From assembly GCA_021798275.1 (NCBI GenBank), contig JAJZMK010000139.1:12408-76407 (forward strand): 64,000 bases of DNA, given 5' to 3'. Source of the stretch: Actinomycetes bacterium (GTDB lineage: Bacteria > Actinomycetota > Acidimicrobiia > Acidimicrobiales > Bog-793). Below the pieces are notes generated by a model that saw nothing but the letters and a program-made list of their open reading frames with translations, was not told the origin of the DNA and did not search any database. Position numbers and translations under genes: made by a program. Each line of letters opens with the position of its first letter. The first letter of the stretch is position 1. This document shows, piece after piece, positions 29,447-37,987 of the stretch.

Positions 29447-30421
29447 TCACCCATTGCCAACCATGGCCCGATAAATCCGTTCCAAGTCCTCAAGGGTCGC
29501 AAAGTCAATGACAATTTTGCCATGCTTGGATCCCATTTCCACCTTGACCCTTGTATCAAGGTGACCACTGAGCAATTCTTCCAACTCTAAAAATCCCGGA
29601 GGCCGTAACTGCTTGGAGGAGATACTGCCCAAATGCCTGCTTTGAAGATCGGCGTATTCCGGATTTAAATCACGATAGGAATCAGTTCCACTCTCTGTAG
29701 AATAAAGGGAATCTGCTTTGTTTGGAGCAGCTATATTTGATCTTTGATCGCCGTCGGTTATTTTTTTGACTGCATCCTCCAAACTCCGGACTGATAATTT
29801 TGACTCGGCCGCATCCTGAGCCAAACGTTCTTGTATTTGCCGGTCAGGAGTAGCCAGCAGTACTTTGGCGTGTCCCATGGTTATGGAGCCCTCCTGCAGC
29901 ATAACCTGCACGGTTGGAGGGAGCTGGAATAGTCTGAGTGAGTTGGAAACAGCGGCTCTGCTTTTACCGACCCTCAAAGCAACTTCTTCGTGCGTTAAGC
30001 CAAATTCCTCTATCAACTGCTTATATGCCGAAGCTTCCTCTATGGGGTTCAAATTGCTTCTATGTAGGTTCTCTACTAAAGCTTTTTCCAAACTCAGTTT
30101 GTCGTCAGCTGTTTGTACTAAAACCGGTATGGTTTGCAGCCCGGCCCGTTTGGAAGCACGCCAACGCCGTTCGCCGGCAATTAACTCAAAAACTCCTGGC
30201 TCTGTTTCCCTAACCAGGATCGGCTGCAGTAAACCCAGCGCTTTGATGGAGTCGGATAACTCCGCCAAAGATTCTTCGTCAAAACTTTTTCGCGGTTGAT
30301 ATTGGTTTGGGCGTATGGAGGCTATCGGCACCTCACGCAGTACACTTGTTGCCCCTCCGGCAACTTGGCTGGGTATTAAAGCGCTCAGACCGCGACCCAG
30401 GCCGGTAGTTTTACTTGCCAT
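29447..30421 (-). CDS. parB: chromosome partitioning protein ParB
   Basis: GLGRGLSALIP, the ParB box PILVRE...ELIAGERRWRA, and an HTH region. Confidence 0.95.
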   Translation of the reverse strand: MASKTTGLGRGLSALIPSQVAGGATSVLREVPIASIRPNQYQPRKSFDEESLAELSDSIKALGLLQPILVRETEPGVFELIAGERRWRASKRAGLQTIPVLVQTADDKLSLEKALVENLHRSNLNPIEEASAYKQLIEEFGLTHEEVALRVGKSRAAVSNSLRLFQLPPTVQVMLQEGSITMGHAKVLLATPDRQIQERLAQDAAESKLSVRSLEDAVKKITDGDQRSNIAAPNKADSLYSTESGTDSYRDLNPEYADLQSRHLGSISSKQLRPPGFLELEELLSGHLDTRVKVEMGSKHGKIVIDFATLEDLERIYRAMVGNG

Positions 30422-30422
30422 T

Positions 30423-31268
30423 TTACAATATCTCCTTGGCTAACTCTCTATACGCTATAGCCCCCCTGGAAGAAGGGTCGTGAAGTGTTACCGGCTGTCC
30501 GAAAGAAGGGGCTTCGGAAACACGAACGGAACGCGGTATGATGGTGTCACAAACCTTTGTACCCCCATACTGCGTAAAATGACTCTTGACATCCTTTACA
30601 ACCTGATCAGCAAGTTTAGTTCTGGCATCATACATAGTTAAAACTATGGTGCTGACCACCAGTGTCGGGTTAAGGCTCGATCGCACCAATTCCACGTTGT
30701 TTAGCAATTGGCTTAAACCCTCCAACGCGTAATATTCACACTGGATGGGCACCAGGACTTCTGTGGCGGCAGTTAAGGCGTTTACTGTCAAGAGACCGAG
30801 AGAAGGGGGGCAGTCGATAAAAATGAAGTCGAAATCTTCTCCCAACTGTTCTATGGACCTTTTTAAGCGCATTTCCCGGCTAAATGAAGTCACCAGCTCG
30901 ATTTCTGCCCCAGCCAAACTTAATGTAGCCGGAGTAAGAAACAAATTTTTGATACTTGTGGGCTCAATAGAGTCTTCAATATCGACATCGTGGAGCAACA
31001 CGTCATAAATAGAATTATCAAAATTACGGGCGTGAACGCCTAACCCGGAGCTGGCATTGCCCTGGGGATCCAGATCAATGATTAAAACTTGTTTACCTAA
31101 GTCGGCAAGAGCAGCACCTAAGTTGACTGTAGTGGTAGTTTTACCTACTCCGCCCTTTTGATTTGCTATGGCGAAAATACGGCATTTTTGATCTTGTGTC
31201 TGTGGCACGCTTAGATTACACATCCTTTGATATGGAAAATTCTTTAAACCACTAAAAATATAGCACAA
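30423..31268 (-). CDS. parA: chromosome partitioning ATPase ParA/Soj
   Basis: Deviant Walker A IANQKGGVGKTTT, plus IIDLDPQGNA. The real start may be ATG 31223. Confidence 0.95.
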   Translation of the reverse strand: MCYIFSGLKNFPYQRMCNLSVPQTQDQKCRIFAIANQKGGVGKTTTTVNLGAALADLGKQVLIIDLDPQGNASSGLGVHARNFDNSIYDVLLHDVDIEDSIEPTSIKNLFLTPATLSLAGAEIELVTSFSREMRLKRSIEQLGEDFDFIFIDCPPSLGLLTVNALTAATEVLVPIQCEYYALEGLSQLLNNVELVRSSLNPTLVVSTIVLTMYDARTKLADQVVKDVKSHFTQYGGTKVCDTIIPRSVRVSEAPSFGQPVTLHDPSSRGAIAYRELAKEIL

Positions 31269-31344
31269 CGTTTCTTCCGGGTAATCTTGAGATTAGTAAT
31301 AAAAGTCACGTTTTGGTATTTATATTTCAGAAATTTTCATGGAT

Positions 31345-31360
31345 TGTTCTACGTGGAACA
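31345..31360. promoter_or_regulatory. parS-like 16-mer TGTTCTACGTGGAACA (copy 1)
   Basis: 13/16 match to the consensus parS TGTTTCACGTGAAACA. Located in the rsmG-parA spacer. Confidence 0.5.
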
Positions 31361-31391
31361 TTTGCTGTGCCGGTTCATGCGAAAAGAAAAA

Positions 31392-31407
31392 TGTTCTACG
31401 TGGAACA
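31392..31407. promoter_or_regulatory. parS-like 16-mer TGTTCTACGTGGAACA (copy 2, identical)
   Basis: Identical to copy 1 and 47 bp away. The outer flanks are GGAT and ATCC, which are inverted with respect to each other. Confidence 0.5.
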
Positions 31408-31578
31408 ATCCTTCGCTTCATTCGCTAAGAAGATGCGGCGTCCCAAATATACCTTTTGCCGGACATGAGAGGTTTTGAACTCTGTGAGATTACTCGCTTG
31501 TCCGAGTCAAATCTGCTTCCCTGGTAAGATGCTGAATGCTCTGTGATGCAGTTTTCTTGCGACTGCCTTTAGTAAGCA

Positions 31579-32235
31579 CTAATCTGTTTTGAGTTGGAAT
31601 ATTGGCCTTTTAGCCGGAATGCCGACCCGGCGCGGATACTCGTCGGGACATGTGCCGGTCATTCTTAATTTAACGAAAGAGTATTGGTTCTTGATGGATG
31701 CTTCCGGCAAAAGGGCTACTTTTTGACAACCTTCCTTCGGCCAACGCAACTCGGTATTACCGCCGGGTGGCTCGGAAACAACCAATATTCCATCTTTTTG
31801 TAAAAACGGTGCGGCACATTCGGCTGTAATGGGAGGTTGGGAAAAACTTCTGGATACTACCACCGAAAAACTGTTCCTCAAAGAAGGTACCCTCGCAGCG
31901 ACTTCCGCTCTTTCACATACGACATCCACGCGCCGGTCCAAGTCTAAAGACAAAAGGGCTTTATTGAGGAATTCACATCTTTTTACGCTTGCATCCAAAA
32001 GCACCAGGCGGCTGTAGTCCAGAGAAACAGCCAAAAAAAGTCCGGGAATGCCGCCGCCGCTGCCCAAATCCAGAATCTCAATTTTGGCTATATTGCTTTC
32101 TCTTATGATATTAAGAAAACCAGCGCTGTGTTTAATATGCCCTTCAATCGGCCCGGGCCCTAAAAAACCCAGCTGTTGTGCCTGCAGTAAAACTTTGAGC
32201 AGAGCCGGATTTCCCTGTATTTGAGAAGTGCTTAT
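31579..32235 (-). CDS. rsmG: 16S rRNA (guanine527-N7)-methyltransferase RsmG; start codon unresolved
   Basis: SAM motif ILDLGSGGGIPG. The ORF track starts at TTG 32067, inside this motif. The frame is open up to 32256 and encodes ...NPALLKVLLQAQQLGFLGPGPIEGHIKHSAGFLNII, but contains no ATG/GTG/TTG. Candidates are ATA 32235 (ATAA overlap with the jag stop) and CTG 32202. Confidence 0.8.
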   Translation of the reverse strand: MSTSQIQGNPALLKVLLQAQQLGFLGPGPIEGHIKHSAGFLNIIRESNIAKIEILDLGSGGGIPGLFLAVSLDYSRLVLLDASVKRCEFLNKALLSLDLDRRVDVVCERAEVAARVPSLRNSFSVVVSRSFSQPPITAECAAPFLQKDGILVVSEPPGGNTELRWPKEGCQKVALLPEASIKNQYSFVKLRMTGTCPDEYPRRVGIPAKRPIFQLKTD

Positions 32236-33281
32236 TTGGAAAGCACCTCTGCTTCGCTATTTTCCGAAGATTTATAGATAACGACGCGGCGTCTCGGCTC
32301 AAAACCTTCTGATCTGGTTTCCAAGCCTTCCATGGCAGAAACGGTGTCATGTACTATTTTACGGTCTGGAGAACTCATGGGCTCCAGTTTTTTGGTAACA
32401 CCTGTTTCTATAACTTCCTGGCCAAGCTTTTGGACGAAAGCCATTAAAGCTTTGGCTCTTTTCTCCCGGTAATGTGATACGTCCACAGTCAACCTGGTTC
32501 TTTCATCTGTATTTTCGTTGCGCTGTATGATTGTCCTTGTGATGTCCTGTATGGCATCCAGGGTAAAACCTTTGGGCCCCACTAAAATACCCAATTCCGG
32601 TCCGTCAATATTGATTAATATTTGTGGATTGTCAATTGAAGCTTCTACCTTGGCACTAAAACCAAATTGCGTCAGCAATTCCTGTAGAAAATGAACGGCT
32701 ATCTTAGCTTTTTCTTCTATCTCCATCTCATCTACCTCTTTCTGAAGAGTATTGCTTATTTCCGGTAACGGTTTATCCCCTGTTTTATACTTCCTGCTTT
32801 GCTGTGTAGCGACTGCCGGTATTTTATCTTTCACCAAACTTGTCTCATTTCCTTCTGTTTGCATACTGCCTGTTTGGTTGTTCCGGTATTTCCTTGGCCG
32901 GTCGAATTGATTATTTTTATCTCTTCTTGTTGCCTCAGAGGGCTGCCCCGTAGTCTTGTCAAAATTTTTCTGAATACGATCGCTGGTTCTTTGTTGATTA
33001 CCCGGTGTTGTGTTGTCAGACTGGACTGCGGGGTTTGAATAGGACTTCCTCTCATCCCTGTTGTTATATGAGCTCCTTTTTTTAAACTGTTTTTTTCTCG
33101 GAAGGAACTGGGGTTTTACACGGACTCTTACCCGAGCCTGTTTTGATGCAATACCAAAAATACCTTTTTTGGCTGGGGATACAATAACGACTTCAGCGTC
33201 TCTTAATTCTATACCCAAAGCTTCGAGCGCTTCCTGTATAGCTGATTCATTGGTTGAACCGGTAGTTTCTACCCATTCCAC
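32232..33281 (-). CDS. jag: Jag/KhpB-type RNA-binding protein (Jag_N, KH, R3H) with long low-complexity linker
   Basis: N-terminus EWVETTGSTNESAIQEALEALGI. KH-like LVGPKGFTLDAIQDI. R3H-like PMSSPDRKIVHDTV. A linker of about 130 aa rich in Q/N/R/K/T lies between them. Confidence 0.85.
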   Translation of the reverse strand: MEWVETTGSTNESAIQEALEALGIELRDAEVVIVSPAKKGIFGIASKQARVRVRVKPQFLPRKKQFKKRSSYNNRDERKSYSNPAVQSDNTTPGNQQRTSDRIQKNFDKTTGQPSEATRRDKNNQFDRPRKYRNNQTGSMQTEGNETSLVKDKIPAVATQQSRKYKTGDKPLPEISNTLQKEVDEMEIEEKAKIAVHFLQELLTQFGFSAKVEASIDNPQILINIDGPELGILVGPKGFTLDAIQDITRTIIQRNENTDERTRLTVDVSHYREKRAKALMAFVQKLGQEVIETGVTKKLEPMSSPDRKIVHDTVSAMEGLETRSEGFEPRRRVVIYKSSENSEAEVLSK

Positions 33282-33287
33282 TATTAT

Positions 33288-34211
33288 TTACCGCCTTCTT
33301 TTCGAGCGTTTAGTTGAATTATTATTTGTTTTTAAGCTGCCTTTGGGGGGAGTGTATCCCTTAGCGGCCATATTTGTCTTATTTTTCGCGGCATCGCTTG
33401 GGGTCAATGAAGATGTATTGGAAACCGATTCCAATAAAGCTTTAAGGCCTTTGGGTCTTGGTTCGCCCGCACCGCTTTTTGTTTTTGAAACCTCTGATGC
33501 CTGTGATTTCAATTTGGCGAAGGATTCTTTGATATGAGGGTCGTGTCTGTACATATACTCCTGTTGGGCAACCCTAAATAAACTGGACACAATAAAGTAC
33601 ACACTCACACCGGCAGGCAATGCGATATAAATTACCGAATATATCAAAGGAAATATCTTTTGCATCTTTTGCATTTGTTGCATTTGCGGATTGGCTTGGG
33701 CGGAAATATTACGCCCGCTCATCTGCTTCATTTGGATATATTGCAAAACAATAGCAATAACAATCAATACGATATAAGGGAATCTTCCTCCCCAGCTATG
33801 GAGTGAACGTACGGAATCGGCCAGATTGATACCGAAAGCCGGCAGTGCCCCATGTGCGCTAATGATGGCATGATACATTTTCGACGAGTGTGAAATATAA
33901 TCAGGGGAAGGAATAAGAACTTTGCTCCCGTGTCTCACCACAGTCTTGGTGGCGGTAATGCCGCGTATGGTGTCATAAAGTATTATGAAAACGGGCAGCT
34001 GCAGCAACATAGGTAAACAACCGCCGGTGGGACTTACGCCGTGTTCTTTGTAAAACGCCATCATCTCTTCGTTTTGATGTCTTCTGATGTCTTGTTTTTC
34101 CGCGACAGTGGCACCCGGCGGCACTTTGTAGCGGGAGAGCGGAGCTAGGAGCCAGGCAAGTGCGTCAAATATGGGCTGGAAAACCTGACCGAGTGTAGAT
34201 GCTAAAACCAC
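33288..34211 (-). CDS. yidC: membrane protein insertase YidC
   Basis: YKEHGVSPTGGCLPMLLQLPVFIILY and PAGVSVYFIVSSLFRVAQQ are YidC/Oxa1 core motifs. Basic C-tail. GTG start. Confidence 0.9.
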   Translation of the reverse strand: MVLASTLGQVFQPIFDALAWLLAPLSRYKVPPGATVAEKQDIRRHQNEEMMAFYKEHGVSPTGGCLPMLLQLPVFIILYDTIRGITATKTVVRHGSKVLIPSPDYISHSSKMYHAIISAHGALPAFGINLADSVRSLHSWGGRFPYIVLIVIAIVLQYIQMKQMSGRNISAQANPQMQQMQKMQKIFPLIYSVIYIALPAGVSVYFIVSSLFRVAQQEYMYRHDPHIKESFAKLKSQASEVSKTKSGAGEPRPKGLKALLESVSNTSSLTPSDAAKNKTNMAAKGYTPPKGSLKTNNNSTKRSKRRR

Positions 34212-34237
34212 AGGAGGTCCTTTTTATCTTGGTAACG

Positions 34238-34534
34238 TTATAAGTGTTTCACTTTATACGTTTGCTTACTGAACATTTTTTTGTTTTTGTGAGATTTATT
34301 TATAGCAAATTCCGCTTTGGTGGGCACCAAATCAATACCAAAGCCGCCGTGAGGTCTACAACGCAATATTCTTTTTGTACCGAGCACAATGCCGCTATAT
34401 GCCCCGTGTTCAGTGATGGCCTCTGCCATATATTCCGAGCAAGAAGGTGAAAAGCGGCACGGCGACAATTTTCCTTGCCGCGATATTTGGTAAATTTTGA
34501 TGAGCTTCAGAGCTGCTTTTTGGGTAAATCTCAC
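34238..34534 (-). CDS. yidD: membrane protein insertion efficiency factor YidD
   Basis: YQISRQGKLSPCRFSPSCSEYMAEAITEHG is the YidD signature. Confidence 0.88.
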   Translation of the reverse strand: MRFTQKAALKLIKIYQISRQGKLSPCRFSPSCSEYMAEAITEHGAYSGIVLGTKRILRCRPHGGFGIDLVPTKAEFAINKSHKNKKMFSKQTYKVKHL

Positions 34535-34956
34535 GTTGAACTCGTTTTTTGTATTTTTAGAACTGCATTTTGTGCCGCTGTGCGTAAATCCTTATAATCT
34601 AATTTAGCAGCATTTGGTTTCATTATTATGAGATAGTCACCCGGTATCAACTGGTTGGCTACTTCTCTGGTGATTTCCCTCAATCTTCTTTTGCAAAGAT
34701 TTCTTTTGACGGCATTCCCGTATTTTTTACTCACTACAAAGGATACCCTTATTTCTGTTATAAAGCTATTTTGCCTATAAAAAGCTACCGTCATGTATTG
34801 ATTGGACCGTTTGATCCCGTATTTGTATAAATTAAAAAACGAATTGCGCCCTTTTATGGATAGTGTTTTAGGCTGAGATATGCGCTCTTCCGCGCCTTCT
34901 TCTGGCTGCAAGGATCTCTCTTCCTGCACGTGTGGCCATTCTGTGCCTAAAACCAT
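34531..34956 (-). CDS. rnpA: ribonuclease P protein component
   Basis: [29 protein letters not shown]...[21 protein letters not shown] contains the RNR-like motif. All usable starts (ATG 34956, GTG 34929, TTG 34911) lie inside rpmH. Confidence 0.85.
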   Translation of the reverse strand: MVLGTEWPHVQEERSLQPEEGAEERISQPKTLSIKGRNSFFNLYKYGIKRSNQYMTVAFYRQNSFITEIRVSFVVSKKYGNAVKRNLCKRRLREITREVANQLIPGDYLIIMKPNAAKLDYKDLRTAAQNAVLKIQKTSST

Positions 34957-35002
34957 GTTTTTTTGAACGTTTTCTTTGATTTGGTTGGTACGTACGTTTC
35001 AT
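34868..35002 (-). CDS. rpmH: 50S ribosomal protein L34
   Basis: Hand-translated 44 aa: [44 protein letters not shown]. Too short for the ORF track. Canonical L34 sequence and position. Confidence 0.92.
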   Translation of the reverse strand: MKRTYQPNQRKRSKKHGFRHRMATRAGREILAARRRRGRAHISA

Positions 35003-35171
35003 AGCTTCTCCTTAAGTATTAAAATAAGCTCTTAAAAAATACCATCTTTAGAATAGCTTGTTTTGATAGATGTTAAAGTTCAAGGCAGAATTACTTAATG
35101 ATTAAATACTATACGTAACTCTCTAAACACACATATTATAAAAACAACGTTTTATGGGTTTTATCTGCAAT

Positions 35172-35204
35172 TTGTCCACAACTTGTGGATTACGTTGTGG
35201 ACAA
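35172..35204. promoter_or_regulatory. three DnaA boxes with 3-nt spacers upstream of dnaA
   Basis: TTGTCCACA (35172-35180), TGTGGATTA (35184-35192) and TGTGGACAA (35196-35204). The trio ends 22 nt before the dnaA ATG. Confidence 0.7.
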
Positions 35205-35225
35205 AAAAATTGAAAGGCTGCAAAA

Positions 35226-36635
35226 ATGATTGATCCCCAGCAGCTCTGGAGTGAGTGCTCAAAAGTTATTAAAACACAGGTATCGGAAGCCACTTGGAAA
35301 ACCTGGTTTTCTGCAATAACACCTGTTGAAGTGGTAGAAAGTACTTTTATCTTGTCTGTACCCAACGACTTGGTGAGGGGTAGACTGCAAAGCCGTTTCA
35401 ACGGTATTTTGTCTGAATGTGTATCGGACATACTTGGGAGTAAGTTTGAAATCACACTCAATGTTTTGCCGGGTGTTCGGCAAAACATGCTTGACGAGGA
35501 TGTTTTTTTTAATACCTTTTATAAGGAAAACGACCCTCAAAGTAAAAAAGGGGGGGGAAAGAAATTCAGCTCGGAAAGTGTCTTAGACAGAAATAGTAAT
35601 TTCGATAATAATAATTTCGATTACAGACAAAATAAGTACAGCTTTGAAACTTTCGTAATAGGTCAGTCCAACAGGTTTGCTCACGCAGCCGCACTTTCTG
35701 TTGCCGAAACACCTGGAAGAGCGTATAACCCTTTGTTTATTATAGGTGACGTCGGATTGGGTAAAACTCATTTACTGCAAGCCATCAGGAATTACATCAA
35801 TAAGCATTTTACAAAAATGAGTGTCTTATATATTTCTGCGGAAACATTCATGAATGAATTTATCGATGCCATAAGAAACAACTCCACAAACTCATTCAAA
35901 AAGAAATACCGGGCTTGTGATGTTTTACTTATTGACGACATTCAATTTATCGAAGGGAAAGAATCGCTCCAGGAAGAATTCTTTCATACCTTCAACTCAC
36001 TTTACGAGGCCTCTAAACAGGTTGTATTGACTTCCGACAGACCTCCCGGGTCCATGAAAACACTGGAAAGCAGACTCAGAAGTAGGTTTTTGTCTGGATT
36101 GATTGCCGATATACAACCTCCGGAGTTCGAGACAAGACTGGCTATATTGCGGACTAAATCAGAACACGAGCGCCTGAGTATACCCGACGAAGTGCTTGGG
36201 TTTATCGCTGAAAACGTAAAGCACAACATCAGGGAGTTGGAGGGGGCATTGATCAGGGTACATGCCTATGCATCTTTAAACAAACTGCCTTTAAATAAAA
36301 GTTTGGCCGAAGAGATATTATCTGACATAAAACGTCAACCAAAAGGAATCACGGTACAAGACATTGTGTTGATAACCTCTAAGAAATTTGGTTTCACGGA
36401 AGAAGAGATACGCGGCCCTTCCCGGCAAAAAGCTATAGTTTTGGCGCGTCAAATAGCCATGTATGTCATCAGGGAGCTGACAGATTTTAGTTATCCGTCG
36501 ATAGCCAAAGAATTCGGCGGGAGGGATCACACCACGGTGATGCATGCCGTAGACAGGATCTCTAAAATAATGGTGGAGCAAAAAAATATTTACGATTTGG
36601 TTACAGAATTAATTAGAAAAATAAAAGAAGAGTAG
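35226..36635 (+). CDS. dnaA: chromosomal replication initiator protein DnaA
   Basis: Walker A GDVGLGKTHLLQA, LLIDDIQF, sensor and box VII regions, and the C-terminal DNA-binding helix FGGRDHTTVMHA. Confidence 0.97.
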   Translation: MIDPQQLWSECSKVIKTQVSEATWKTWFSAITPVEVVESTFILSVPNDLVRGRLQSRFNGILSECVSDILGSKFEITLNVLPGVRQNMLDEDVFFNTFYKENDPQSKKGGGKKFSSESVLDRNSNFDNNNFDYRQNKYSFETFVIGQSNRFAHAAALSVAETPGRAYNPLFIIGDVGLGKTHLLQAIRNYINKHFTKMSVLYISAETFMNEFIDAIRNNSTNSFKKKYRACDVLLIDDIQFIEGKESLQEEFFHTFNSLYEASKQVVLTSDRPPGSMKTLESRLRSRFLSGLIADIQPPEFETRLAILRTKSEHERLSIPDEVLGFIAENVKHNIRELEGALIRVHAYASLNKLPLNKSLAEEILSDIKRQPKGITVQDIVLITSKKFGFTEEEIRGPSRQKAIVLARQIAMYVIRELTDFSYPSIAKEFGGRDHTTVMHAVDRISKIMVEQKNIYDLVTELIRKIKEE

Positions 36636-36871
36636 TTTTTATGTGAATAACTTGTTGGTAAGTTTGTGACTGCCTTGTTGATTCTTTGTTGAAAAGTAGA
36701 TTTTTTTAAAACAATTTGGTTTTTATTTACGGGAGCTGTTGATAATAAGAAAACATTGTGGATTAACTAATATGTAATAACTAGGGATTACATTCACAAT
36801 TCACAATTCACAGGGACTATTATTATTATGTTTTAAATAAAAAAATTATTATAAGAATGGGTGGATAACAA
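36636..36871. other. putative oriC (dnaA-dnaN spacer with DnaA boxes and AT-rich unwinding candidate)
   Basis: TGTGAATAA (36642-36650), TGTGGATTA (36767-36775) and GGTGGATAA (36860-36868). ATTCACA occurs three times in tandem (36792-36812). The AT-rich stretch at 36814-36856 is almost pure A/T. Confidence 0.7.
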
Positions 36872-37987
36872 TTGAAATTCACAACAGAGAAAGATTTTAT
36901 AGCGGAAGCATTGAACGGTCCCGTCAGAGCTGCGACATCAAAAGGCACCTCATACAGTGTTCCGAGTTTAAAATTAAAACTCAAAAGCCACAATTTGGAA
37001 ATTACCGGTTCTGATCCGGATTTGGTTATATCAACCAGAATCGATGTGCATGGGGAACAAGACGGGGAAACAATTGTTCCCGCAAAACTTTTTCAAGACA
37101 TCATTAGAGCTCTCGATCAAGGTGCTGTACATGTTATTTCTAACGACGAAGAGATTACCATCACTTCCGGAAAAGCAGAATTTAAAGTACGCGAACCTGT
37201 GGGTGGAGAACTTACACTTCTTACAAAAGCCACAGCTGCCGGATCACTTCTCCCCACTAAAGTGGTAGCCGAAGCTCTCAATCAGGTTGTCAGGGCAGCT
37301 CTTACGGATAATTCCAGAGCACCTCAATTGTCAGCCGTTCTTTTTTCGGCAACCGAAGACGGAATAAGAATGGTAGCCACTGACTCATACCGACTTGCTT
37401 ATAAAGACATTAAAGGCGTAAAAATAGACGAGCAGACAGAAGACGTTTTAATTCCGGCAAAAACACTTGATGAACTGCAAAGAATTATTTCAGCAAAACA
37501 AAATGCGGAAGATATCAACTTTTCATACAGCGATACAGACGCCGTTTTTAATGTGGGTGACACGAAACTGGCAACAAGGCTCATCAAAGGTCCTTTTCCT
37601 GAGTATCAAAGACTTTTGCCAAATAATTACGAAAACTATGCTGTTGTGGAAAAAGAGCCTTTTATAAATGTAATCAGTAGAATCAGACTGCTGATAAGGG
37701 ATTCAAAAGACTCTTCATCTCCTGTTAAATTGAATTTTTCTGAATCACACATCGAGGTAAGTGTAAATACTCCGGAAAACGGAAGCGCAGTCGAAATAAT
37801 TGAAGCCGAGTACTCGGGTGACGAAACACTCATAGCTTTTAATCCAAATTACTTACTTGACGGACTGCGAGCCATTAATTCAGAAAAGGTGGTCATTAAT
37901 ATCATCGACAGTTCAAAACCGGCAACTTTGGAACCTGAAGAAGAAAAGGACTACCACTACCTATTGATGCCGGTGAGAATATCCTGA
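36872..37987 (+). CDS. dnaN: DNA polymerase III subunit beta
   Basis: TTG start. KFTTEKDFIAEALNGPVRA..., LVATDSYRLA and a C-terminal MPVRIS ending, typical of sliding clamps. Confidence 0.95.
   Translation: MKFTTEKDFIAEALNGPVRAATSKGTSYSVPSLKLKLKSHNLEITGSDPDLVISTRIDVHGEQDGETIVPAKLFQDIIRALDQGAVHVISNDEEITITSGKAEFKVREPVGGELTLLTKATAAGSLLPTKVVAEALNQVVRAALTDNSRAPQLSAVLFSATEDGIRMVATDSYRLAYKDIKGVKIDEQTEDVLIPAKTLDELQRIISAKQNAEDINFSYSDTDAVFNVGDTKLATRLIKGPFPEYQRLLPNNYENYAVVEKEPFINVISRIRLLIRDSKDSSSPVKLNFSESHIEVSVNTPENGSAVEIIEAEYSGDETLIAFNPNYLLDGLRAINSEKVVINIIDSSKPATLEPEEEKDYHYLLMPVRIS

Noticed and set aside
31287-31478. 63-aa + strand ORF in the rsmG-parA spacer.
   Set aside because: It has no RBS and spans both parS-like sites. 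Its odd sequence is best explained by non-coding regulatory DNA.
33288-34211. YidC appears to have a very short N-terminus and a shortened loop between the first TM helix and the YKEHG region, compared with the mycobacterial YidC I recall.
   Set aside because: This rests on a remembered reference sequence without an alignment. Short YidC forms exist, so it is not reportable as an anomaly.
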